The translations under genes and the position numbers were made by a program. From assembly GCA_963669175.1 (NCBI GenBank), contig OY769902.1, forward strand, positions 3,584,001 to 3,648,000: a stretch of 64,000 nt of DNA, given 5' to 3'. This DNA is from a bacterium. GTDB taxonomy: Bacteria; Electryoneota; Electryoneia; Electryoneales; Electryoneaceae. This document shows positions 38,983 to 47,700 of the stretch, in pieces. Each line of letters begins with the position of its first letter. The first letter of the stretch is position 1. The notes beneath the pieces are model-generated. The model saw only the letters and a program-made list of their open reading frames with translations, was not told the DNA's origin and did not search any database.

Positions 38983-40710
38983 ATGGAAACGCGCATTTCC
39001 CACTTGGTACGTATTGCACTCGTCCTGTCCCTGCTGGCAGTCAGTTGTTTTTCCGCTTTTGCAGCAGCGCCTCCACCCGCCTGGAGTAAAAAAGGCATGG
39101 TTTCCAGCGCTGATCCCCTGGCGACAGAAGCCGGCGCAAAGGTGTTGGAAGAAGGTGGTAATGCGATTGATGCAGCTCTTGCCACAGCCTACATGCTGAA
39201 CGTGGTTGAAGGCTACAGCGCGGGTATCGGCGGTGGTGAGTTCTGGGTGATCTACGACGCCAAAACCGGCAAAGTGACGACCATCGACGGACGCGAAGTC
39301 GCACCGGCGGCAGCCACGCGTGACATGTATGTCGATTCCACCGGCGCGGTTATTCCCGGGCTGTCCACGACGGGTATTCTGGCGGGGGGTGTGCCGGGAT
39401 CTGTAGCAGCACGCGAGTACGCCTTTGAGAAGTTCGCTACCATGAGCCGCAAACGTCTGATGAAACCGGCGATCGAAACCGCGGAAGACGGTTTTGTTGT
39501 CACTCCCGGCCAGGCGGCCTATTTCGCTTACCTTGCCCCCAAACTGGGCATGTTTGAGACCACAAAGGCGATCATGTTCAAGAATGACAGTACGACCTGG
39601 GGAGCGGGCGACAAACTGGTACAGAAAGATCTGGCGGAAACCTTTAAGCGAATCGCCAAGAATGGCCGAAGCGAGTTCTACACCGGTGAAACAGCGCAGG
39701 AAATCGCACGCTACATGGCGGCGAACGGCGGCCTGATTACGACCGAAGACCTGGCCAACTTTGAGATCACCATTCGTGAACCTGTGCATGGCACCTATCA
39801 CGAATACGATATCTATTCCATGGCCCCCCCCTCCTCCGGTGGCGTTCACCTGATCCAGATTCTGAACATCCTGGAAGATTGGGATTTGTCCCAGTTCGGA
39901 CGCAATTCCGCGCGTTATTACCACCACCTGGGCGAAGCAATGGAAGCGGCATTTGCGGATCGTGCCGAATATCTCGGTGATCCTGAATTTATTGATATTC
40001 CCGTGGAAGGTCTGATCAGTAAGGATTACGCTGCTTACCTGCGTTCCCAGATACCGGACCTGTGGAGCGATCGTTTTGAAGGCCCGGGTAATCCGGCCAT
40101 GTTTGAGAACTACCATGAGAGCGAACATACCACTCACCTGTCCGTGATCGATCAGTGGGGCAACATGGTCGCACTGACGGCAACGATCAACACGGGCTAC
40201 GGTAGCGGTGTTGTGCTTGGCAATACTGGCATCTTCCTGAACAATGAGATGGATGACTTCGCCGTCGCACCGGGTCAGCCAAACTTCTTCGGCCTTGTCG
40301 GTAAAGAAGCCAACTCGGTAGCGCCGGGTAAACGTCCCCTTTCCAGCATGACTCCGACAATCGTCCTGAAAGACGGAAAGCCCTTCATGGCGGTCGGCGC
40401 GGCAGGCGGACCGAAGATTATCACCGGCACCCTGCAAACCTTCCTGAATGTGGTCGATTTCGAGCTGGATGTACAGGAAGCCGTTTCAGCCCCACGTATT
40501 CACAACCAGTGGATTCCGGACGAGCTCTGGGTAGACTGGGACATCAGCCCGGATTGTGCGGCCGAGTTGTTTCGTATGGGTCATAAGGTCGTCCGCAAGT
40601 GGGTCAGCAGTGGTGTGCATGCGGTGATGATCGACCAGGAAACCGGCATCTACTACGGTGGCGCAGACCCACGCTCGGGCGGCAGCGCACAAGGACCGGG
40701 AGTGAAATAG
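38983..40710 (+). CDS. ggt: Gamma-glutamyltransferase
   Basis: GGNAIDAA, PPSSGG, TTHLSV catalytic Thr, LNNEMDDF, PGKRPLSSMTP, GADPR; signal peptide. Confidence 0.95.
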   Translation: METRISHLVRIALVLSLLAVSCFSAFAAAPPPAWSKKGMVSSADPLATEAGAKVLEEGGNAIDAALATAYMLNVVEGYSAGIGGGEFWVIYDAKTGKVTTIDGREVAPAAATRDMYVDSTGAVIPGLSTTGILAGGVPGSVAAREYAFEKFATMSRKRLMKPAIETAEDGFVVTPGQAAYFAYLAPKLGMFETTKAIMFKNDSTTWGAGDKLVQKDLAETFKRIAKNGRSEFYTGETAQEIARYMAANGGLITTEDLANFEITIREPVHGTYHEYDIYSMAPPSSGGVHLIQILNILEDWDLSQFGRNSARYYHHLGEAMEAAFADRAEYLGDPEFIDIPVEGLISKDYAAYLRSQIPDLWSDRFEGPGNPAMFENYHESEHTTHLSVIDQWGNMVALTATINTGYGSGVVLGNTGIFLNNEMDDFAVAPGQPNFFGLVGKEANSVAPGKRPLSSMTPTIVLKDGKPFMAVGAAGGPKIITGTLQTFLNVVDFELDVQEAVSAPRIHNQWIPDELWVDWDISPDCAAELFRMGHKVVRKWVSSGVHAVMIDQETGIYYGGADPRSGGSAQGPGVK

Positions 40711-40883
40711 AATTAGGAATTAGGAATTAGGAATTGATCTGCTTGTCCAATTCAAATATGGCAAGTAGATTTTCACGAAGAACTACAATGATGGTTTATA
40801 TGGTTTAATAACTTATTTCTCCCCGTTCAGGTATGACCGGGCAAGTTTCTTTGCTTTTTTCACTTTTTTCACTTGAGAGAACA

Positions 40884-41486
40884 ATGATTGACCGTATAGA
40901 AGGCGACATTCTTTCCATCGAACCCACTCACGCTGTAGTCAGCGTGGGTGGTGTCGGTTTTTTTCTCCATATCACGCTGAACACTTATGAAGCGGTTGGT
41001 CGTGCGAAACGATTCTGCTTCATGACCTATCTGCATGTACGTGAAGACGCCCTCATCCTCTTCGGCTTCTCCACAAAAGCGGAACGTGAAGCTTTTCTTC
41101 GACTGATCAGTGTCAGTGGTGTCGGTCCCAAGGTCGGTCAGGCAATCCTCTCCTCTCTATCAGTCAGGACTCTTCAGGACGCTGTCCGTGCTGGTGACTG
41201 GAAACGGTTAACCGCTGCTCCGGGGGTTGGGCGCAAACTGGCCGAACGTATGGTCATTGAACTGAGAAATGTTTTCGGAAAAGCCGATGATTCAGCTCTC
41301 GAGGGGTCAGAGGCAGGTGATAGCGGTTATTCTGGCGGCTCCGGGGCGATTTATGATGCCGTGCAAGGAATGATCGCCCTGGGCTTCAACCCGGCTCAAG
41401 CTGAGAAAGCTGTCGGGAAAGCAGCTAAAAAGGTCGGCGAAGATGGAAATGTAGAAGACTTAATACGTTTGGCTTTGAAATCATAA
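40884..41486 (+). CDS. ruvA: Holliday junction branch migration protein RuvA
   Basis: GVGF, VREDAL.LFGF, VSGVGPK, PGVGRKLAER, LGF. Confidence 0.95.
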   Translation: MIDRIEGDILSIEPTHAVVSVGGVGFFLHITLNTYEAVGRAKRFCFMTYLHVREDALILFGFSTKAEREAFLRLISVSGVGPKVGQAILSSLSVRTLQDAVRAGDWKRLTAAPGVGRKLAERMVIELRNVFGKADDSALEGSEAGDSGYSGGSGAIYDAVQGMIALGFNPAQAEKAVGKAAKKVGEDGNVEDLIRLALKS

Positions 41487-41834
41487 GGGAATACTGGCCA
41501 TCGCTTATTTATCTAATACTTTCCCAATACAGACAGAACATATCTCCAACCATTTCCTCCAACTATCATTTCCTGTTTCTGGTATACTGAGAGCATATGC
41601 CTGGTATCAGTAAAATTCAGAATTACAACCTATCCTGTTAACAATAAAATATATACGATCCTTATAAGCGATACACCCCAACACTTTTTTGTAGATTCCC
41701 AACTCCGATTTGATTGTGAGTATTCCTTAAACAAATTCTAACCTTGCAGACACTCTACCATCTCACTTTCCCGGCTGACAAAGTCCCTGCAAAGGCAGGG
41801 AAAACTATGTTCAAGAAAAAACGTGGAGAGTACC

Positions 41835-43697
41835 ATGAAGTTGAGATGGTTTTCCGTCCTGCTTATTCTAGGCCTGTCCTTTGGACTTTTGATGGCCATT
41901 GGTTGCAGTGACGATGATGACGATGATGATCCTCAAACAAACCATGCCCCGCAGATCACCAGTGTGACCGCCAACCCGGTTGCCGTCTATGGTGGTGAGA
42001 CATCTACCCTTACCGTATCTGCAACAGATCCCGATGATGACGCCCTGGAATATGCCTGGTCCGCTTCGCAGGGTTCCCTGAGCGCCACCAATACCGCTTC
42101 CGTCACCTACACGGCCCCGACGACTGAAGGCACCTACACCATCAGCGTAACCGTGACCGATGAAGCTGACAACACTGCCACCGGTTCCGTCCAGGTCGTT
42201 GTTCAGGCCACAGGCACCCCGATCCCGGAAGCTCCGGAATCCGGTTCCGAATTTGAAGAAGGTGATATCGTTTTTGAATGGGGTAGCGTGGATGGCGCTT
42301 CCGAGTACACCCTGGAAGTTTCCGACGCAAGCGATTTCAGCAGCATCGTAGACACCTATACCGGTAGTGAAACAACCCACACCCTGGCCGTGTCCGATCT
42401 GACAGCCAACACAACCTATTACTGGCATGTCAAGGCCGGTTCCGGTAGCTGGTCCACCCACCTGACCTTCACTATTCCTTCGGACATCATAATCCTGTCC
42501 GGTACTATCGTTGAGGATATCATTCTTGAAAACAACAAGACATATATCCTGCGTGGCAATGTTTTCTTCGGTAACGACCAAAACAACATCAACGTAACGA
42601 TTGAACCCGGCACCTATATCTACGGTGAGAGCTCTACACTGGGTACCTTCATCGTGGCGCGTGGCAGTATGATTGACGCTCGCGGCACAGTAGATGCGCC
42701 GATCGTGATGACCTCCGACAAGAATGCCGGCGACCGTGGTCGTGGTGACTGGGGTGGCCTTATCATCAATGGTCTGGCCACACTGAACACCGGCGAAGAA
42801 GCCTGGGGTGAAGGTTCTACAGGCTGGTATGGTGGCAATGATGATTCTGATAACAGCGGTTACCTGCAGTATGTGCGTGTCGAATGGGCCGGTCAGGAAA
42901 TCAGCCCGGAGAACGAGCTGAACGGTATCGCTTTCCAGGGCGTTGGGAACGGTACAACCGTTGACCATATCCAGGTTCACATGAACTCTGACGACGGCAT
43001 CGAGTTCTTCGGTGGCACCGTCAACCTGAAATATGCCTATACAACAGGCATTGGCGACGACAACTTCGACTGGACCGATGGCTGGCGTGGTAAAGGCCAA
43101 TACTGGGTAGCCCAGCAGTATGATGACGCCGGTGACCAGGGCTTCGAATGCGACAACAGCTCCGAAGACAACCTGGCGACCCCGCGCGCCCTGCCGACGA
43201 TTTACAACGTGACCCTCGCCGGTCAGCAGAGTGCTGATATCGGTATGCTGCTTCGTGAAGGCACCGGCGCGAACATTTACAACGCCATCGTGATGAACTT
43301 CGGTGATGAAGGTGTCCGCCTCGACCACAACGCGACCTATACCGAGAGCTGGGATGATGCGAATGGCGTGCTGAATGGCACCCTGATCGTCGACCACAGC
43401 ATTTTCTACAATTGCGACGGCGGTCTGGCGGCTGACGGCGGCGATGCTGATCCGAGCGTGATTCCGTTCACAGCAGAGCAGTTCATGACCACATTGAACA
43501 CAAACAACCAGGAAGTTGACCCAGCATTGACCGATGCGTTCAACTTCACGTCCCCGAACTACCTGCCGACTGGCAGCAGCCCGGCGCTTTCCGGCGCGGC
43601 GTCCCCGTCCGACAGTTGGTTCGATGATGCCGGTTTCATCGGTGCATTCGGCAGCGACAACTGGCTGAACGGCTGGATCCAGACTGAACGTAACTAG
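41835..43697 (+). CDS. Acidic surface lipoprotein with Ig/PKD-like domains and a beta-helix-like domain
   Basis: Lipobox MAIGC followed by poly-Asp; GDWGGLII, DNSGYLQYVRVE, DDGIEFFGG, DDNFDWTDGW motifs. Confidence 0.8.
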   Translation: MKLRWFSVLLILGLSFGLLMAIGCSDDDDDDDPQTNHAPQITSVTANPVAVYGGETSTLTVSATDPDDDALEYAWSASQGSLSATNTASVTYTAPTTEGTYTISVTVTDEADNTATGSVQVVVQATGTPIPEAPESGSEFEEGDIVFEWGSVDGASEYTLEVSDASDFSSIVDTYTGSETTHTLAVSDLTANTTYYWHVKAGSGSWSTHLTFTIPSDIIILSGTIVEDIILENNKTYILRGNVFFGNDQNNINVTIEPGTYIYGESSTLGTFIVARGSMIDARGTVDAPIVMTSDKNAGDRGRGDWGGLIINGLATLNTGEEAWGEGSTGWYGGNDDSDNSGYLQYVRVEWAGQEISPENELNGIAFQGVGNGTTVDHIQVHMNSDDGIEFFGGTVNLKYAYTTGIGDDNFDWTDGWRGKGQYWVAQQYDDAGDQGFECDNSSEDNLATPRALPTIYNVTLAGQQSADIGMLLREGTGANIYNAIVMNFGDEGVRLDHNATYTESWDDANGVLNGTLIVDHSIFYNCDGGLAADGGDADPSVIPFTAEQFMTTLNTNNQEVDPALTDAFNFTSPNYLPTGSSPALSGAASPSDSWFDDAGFIGAFGSDNWLNGWIQTERN

Positions 43698-44857
43698 TGC
43701 CATTTTAGATCAAGTTAACTCGTTTATCGCGATGGTCTGACTGACCTTTCAGCTTGTGTTTGTTTCGGTATCGCAGATAAGCCTGGATAGCTTGGCCCTG
43801 TTCTTGATGGTCCATGAAGGTTCGTCCTCGTAGCGCGAATTTTTTCAATGCGGCGAAGTGAGCTTCGATGCGGTTCAGCCATGATGCATAGGTCGGCGTG
43901 AAGACCAGCGTGACCCGGTTTCGTTTGGCCCATTGTCTGATTTCTGCTTTTTTATGCGAGCCACGGTTGTCGAGGATGATGTAGAGCCGGACAGTGGACG
44001 GATAACGTTTCCGAATGTTTTTGAAGAACGCCAACACCTCTGGCCACCGCTGGTTTGGACGTTGCCAGCCCCACAATTGATCACTGTGGATGTCATACGC
44101 TGCCAGCAGATAGCGCGTGCCATGGGTACGCGTATAGGTAGCCGGCAGACGGACGGGTTGCTTGTGAGGATGCCAGCTCGCACCCGCGTGGGGCCGGATC
44201 TCCAGCGGCCCGAACTCGTCAAAGCAGATCACGCGCCGGTTTGCCTTCGGCGGCGCGTCATAGAGACGTCGGATGCGTTTTTTTTTCTGTCAAACTCGGG
44301 GTCCGGAGACTGTTTCCATGTCTTACTCTGCTGATAGCTGATCTTATTCTTGTGCAGCAACCAGCGCAGGTGCGGCAGGCTGATCGATTCGATGATGCCT
44401 TCTGCGACCAGATAATCGCGAAGCTTCTCCAGGGACCATTGGCCGAAGGGTAAGCCGAGATGGTCTGGCGGCGTAACAACAACGTCAACGATCTGCTTCT
44501 GGACAGCAGCATCGAACTTGAGCGGCTTCTGGCCTTTGTACTGACTGCCAACACAGGAAAGACCCTGTTCATTGAAAGCATGAACGATCTTGCGGATGTA
44601 ACTGGCATGCCCCATCCGTTGCTGCTGAAGCTGCACAGGGGACAGGCCGGTATCTGTCGCCAACAAAATCATCGCACGGCGACGGGCTACGGGATCAGGA
44701 CTACGATCACGAATCCGTTGAAGGGAATGACCTTCATCGACTGTCAAAGAACGAAGCTTCACTGGGGTAGACATCAGAACCTCCTTGTTAACCTACCCCT
44801 TATACGCACTACTTTCAAAAACGACTCAACACTCAGACTTGATCTAAACTGGCACTA
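43695..44857 (-). mobile_element. Complete IS630-family element
   Basis: IRs TAGTGCCA(T/G)TTTAGATCAAGT (20/21 match); TA duplicated at 43695-43696 and 44856-44857. Confidence 0.9.
43705..44774 (-). CDS. IS630 transposase split over two frames (HTH part 44229-44774; DDE part 43705-44232)
   Basis: WSLEKL HTH; FDE, ILDN...H, PTYASWLNRIE DDE motifs; A9 slippery run near 44278-44286 (minus strand). Confidence 0.88.
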
Positions 44858-44919
44858 GTGGACCATTGAACAGGCTTTCTCGAAGCGTACCACACCTGTT
44901 GATGCGCTTCCTCCTGAAT

Positions 44920-44948
44920 AGGCAGATCCTCCGGGATCTGCCTTTTTT
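44920..44948 (+). terminator. Intrinsic terminator (likely the original lipoprotein terminator)
   Basis: AGGCAGATCC-TCCG-GGATCTGCCT-TTTTT. Confidence 0.75.
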
Positions 44949-45133
44949 GGGTGCCTCGCTGTTTTGTGTGGGGAGAAGTATCTATGGCCAATAAAAGACA
45001 CGTCTGATGAAATAATTAGTGCTACCTGTCACGAATAATTGATCTTCTCGTTGAACCAACAATAGCAGGGAATCCAGAGGAGTAGATCCCGGACAACGCT
45101 CAACGACAGCATTTCCGGGATGACAAAATGGCG

Positions 45134-45379
45134 GTAAAAATGGGACTGCTACCTTTTCATCTTTATGAAATCTGAACTTTGAATCACAAGTTTCCTAAAA
45201 GTGTAGCTGTATCAGATTATTCGCCAGTTTGTTGTTCGAGATTAGCCGAAAATCCTGGGACAGCTACCTTTTCTGCTATTTGTTTACGTTATGACTGCCC
45301 GTATTCATCTGTACAGCCCGTCATTACCCCTGTATTCAGAGAATGTCGCTTGCAGAAAAGTGTAGCAGTCCCGATTTTC
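45134..45379. repeat. Dispersed inverted copy of RAYT-flanking cassette (family A)
   Basis: Same four units in reverse order, same ~245-bp length, diverged spacers. Confidence 0.8.
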
Positions 45380-45547
45380 TTGCGGATTTAGTTGTGCAGT
45401 TTGATCCTTTTGGGATCGTGCAATTCAAAATCCAACGCGCAGAGTGCACATTTATCTTTGTTGGAACAATTCAGATGACAGTGTATCAAATCAGGAAATC
45501 ACTTGGTGAAGCAACAGAGGAAATGTATCAGATCGGGATTCTGACAA

Positions 45548-45579
45548 CCAAAAAGCCGGCCCGAAGGCCGGCTTTTTGG
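45548..45579. terminator. Bidirectional intrinsic terminator
   Basis: CCAAAAAGCCGGCC-CGAA-GGCCGGCTTTTTGG perfect hairpin. Confidence 0.85.
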
Positions 45580-46141
45580 AGGTCGGAAAATCGGCGTCGA
45601 GGGGAAACGCCGAAGGCGAACTTGCGTGGGGATCGCCACACTTCGGGAACCGTATCTTTTTCAATGCAATCCCTAGCAAGCAGTGCATGTAAAACTATGG
45701 AAGGCTTCCTGCTTCCAGAGGCGCTTCAGTGCCGTTCTCACAATCAGGGTGGGAAGCCCGTACAAAGTGAAGTATGCCTTGAAACCGTCTTAAAACCGTG
45801 CTTGTAAACCGTGCCAGCAATCAAATCAAGAAACCGTGCCAGTCGTCAGTGCAGGTAACCGTGCTAGTAGTCAAATCTCGAAATCGTAAGTTCTTCAGTG
45901 CATGTTACCGTGCCAGTAGCAGTGCTGGTAGATCGTGCAAGTAAACCGTACGGGAAACCGTGCATGTAGTCCGTACTAAAAGCATGAGAACGACGTGACT
46001 TGTTCTGGACCCGAAATCAAAGAAATCGTGCTATGTATCACCAACCGGGTCGCTGAAACCGTGCTAAGTTGATCGTGCCCTTTTCCCAGCCAACGCTCCA
46101 AGGAAGCCTTCCAAATATTCAAAGATCAATCGCAAGCTCTG
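45548..46141 (-). ncRNA. Putative ~590-nt sigma54-dependent repeat-rich non-coding RNA (unclassified)
   Basis: Promoter, 13-bp closing stem, about 20 GCAC(GG/GA/TG)-type repeats and terminator; no credible ORF. Confidence 0.6.
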
Positions 46142-46152
46142 CACATGGTTTA

Positions 46153-46168
46153 TGCAACCATCATGCCA
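46153..46168 (-). promoter_or_regulatory. sigma54 (-24/-12) promoter
   Basis: TGGCATG-ATGG-TTGCA on minus strand, exact GG-N10-GC spacing. Confidence 0.72.
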
Positions 46169-46612
46169 AGAAATCATCGACTGGGAGACTGAAAACAGGA
46201 AAGGACAAATTCATTGACAATTAAAGACTTAGATGCCATTCTTTCGTTTATTGACTTTCAGGTCAAGAAAATTAACCATGCATCGTCAGAACAGGCTGTG
46301 CATATTTTGCATCAACTATCAAACTGTTTGCACAACACTGCACAAATAATTTGACAATCAGTGAGTCATTGCACCTGCAATGGTGTTTTCTGAGCTGCGC
46401 GCTTTGCCGCAAGACAAGGCGCATTCCCAAATCATAGCAGGGTATTTTAAAGGAATGGAACGACGTCACGAACGATGCGGTACGCACCCTTCGGGCTTGT
46501 CACGAGGCTGCTGTCTTCCGTGTTTATCTCGTTTAAGTAATCCGTTATATCTGCATCTAATCGTCTTTGCGGCCAACTCGCCCTTACCCCACGATCCATG
46601 TGAATCGGTCCA

Positions 46613-47407
46613 CTAAAACCTGAGTTGCAAAGAAATACCGGGACGGATTCCCATACCTGTTTCGAGCAGAGTAGGCTCAATAACCGTTTGCGTTTCCAGT
46701 TCAGGCGGCGTAAAGAAGGCATCCAGGACATTGACTACCCAGACAGTACCGAGTGCTATACCCACGTAATTCCGCATATGGACGGCGTTTTTATACTCAT
46801 CGTATATCCCGGAAAGGGCGTCTGGATTATGACTGTTGTGGTAATCATCATCCAGACGGTTCACTTCAGACTGTGCTACGCCCAAGCCAACAATCAAGAC
46901 TCCTGTAATACCTATATAGGTCCATCCCCTCGTCTTCTGCCCTTTGTAGAGCTGCCCCAATCCGGGGAAGAACAAGCTACGCCTGGCGCCACCGTTTCGC
47001 AGCGCGCAAGCCATCAGCATTTCGTCTGTAGAATGAAAGCGTTGCTGCCCTAGCGCATTAAAGTCATCACGCGCCTGGTTGAATACTGCAAGGATCTTGG
47101 GCGAGGTTAATGTTGGATCAACCCTCAAGCGTGGATTCAGGCTTAACGCATTAATAAACTGCTCTTTGCCTGCTTCACGGTCCCCCCTGGCAACGGAGAT
47201 ATAGGCCAGGTACCTGTGCAATTCTGCCAGGTCAATCTCTGACAGAGATGAAGACCTGCTTACATGGCGCAGGGCCACAAGCTCAGCTTCATCAAGCATT
47301 CCCTGATCGTAAAGGTTCTTTACTTCATTGAGCGGGTCGATCGATGTTTCCTGTGCAAAAACAGGGACTGCCAACAAAAGGACGATCAACAACCTGTATC
47401 GCATCAT
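46613..47407 (-). CDS. Secreted TPR-like hypothetical protein with C-terminal membrane region
   Basis: Signal peptide (VFA), TPR-like helices, RSLFFPGLGQLYKG motif; overlaps fixX stop. Confidence 0.75.
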   Translation of the reverse strand: MMRYRLLIVLLLAVPVFAQETSIDPLNEVKNLYDQGMLDEAELVALRHVSRSSSLSEIDLAELHRYLAYISVARGDREAGKEQFINALSLNPRLRVDPTLTSPKILAVFNQARDDFNALGQQRFHSTDEMLMACALRNGGARRSLFFPGLGQLYKGQKTRGWTYIGITGVLIVGLGVAQSEVNRLDDDYHNSHNPDALSGIYDEYKNAVHMRNYVGIALGTVWVVNVLDAFFTPPELETQTVIEPTLLETGMGIRPGISLQLRF

Positions 47408-47700
47408 CCGTACCTGTATTTAATCCCTTTCCCGCCCACCGGATAAAACCAGTGAACGTATTCCGGCGACGTTACGTGACAAGTACCACATTCAACACAG
47501 TTTTCATGATTAACGATACATTCCCCGGTATTGGGATCTTCTTCGTATACCTTCGCCGGGCAGACATAAGTAATAGGACGTGGATGCCGTGGGTCAGCCT
47601 TGTATTTCTCCTGGTCAACGCGGATATGGCTGGCTTTATCCCAATTGTACTGGTTCAGACCAAGTTTATCTTCGATGGTTACCGGATTTTCTTTACTCAT
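47404..47700 (-). CDS. fixX: FixX-like ferredoxin
   Basis: SHI, CPAKVY, CVECGTC, YPVGGKGIKYRYG. Confidence 0.88.
   Translation of the reverse strand: MSKENPVTIEDKLGLNQYNWDKASHIRVDQEKYKADPRHPRPITYVCPAKVYEEDPNTGECIVNHENCVECGTCHVTSPEYVHWFYPVGGKGIKYRYG

Noticed and set aside
40710-40735. (GAATTAG)n heptamer tandem repeat after ggt
   Set aside because: Only about 3.5 intergenic copies with no associated gene; no function can be supported
40884-41486. ruvA without ruvB/ruvC as an anomaly
   Set aside because: Dispersed ruv genes are common in FCB-group genomes
41630-41765. PHO-box-like 11-bp direct repeats upstream of the lipoprotein
   Set aside because: Matches are too degenerate to distinguish from AT-rich background
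41868-43703. Long antisense ORFs (also 917-2173, 23541-24659, 36477-37376, 38836-40437)
   Set aside because: Shadow ORFs opposite well-supported genes with strong codon bias
45343-45807. 154-aa plus-strand ORF
   Set aside because: Starts inside a REP cassette, crosses a strong terminator and has no recognisable protein features
45781-46080. CRISPR array interpretation of the repeat tract
   Set aside because: Repeats are only ~9 nt, degenerate and 12-13 nt apart, with no 25-45-nt unique spacers and no cas genes in the window
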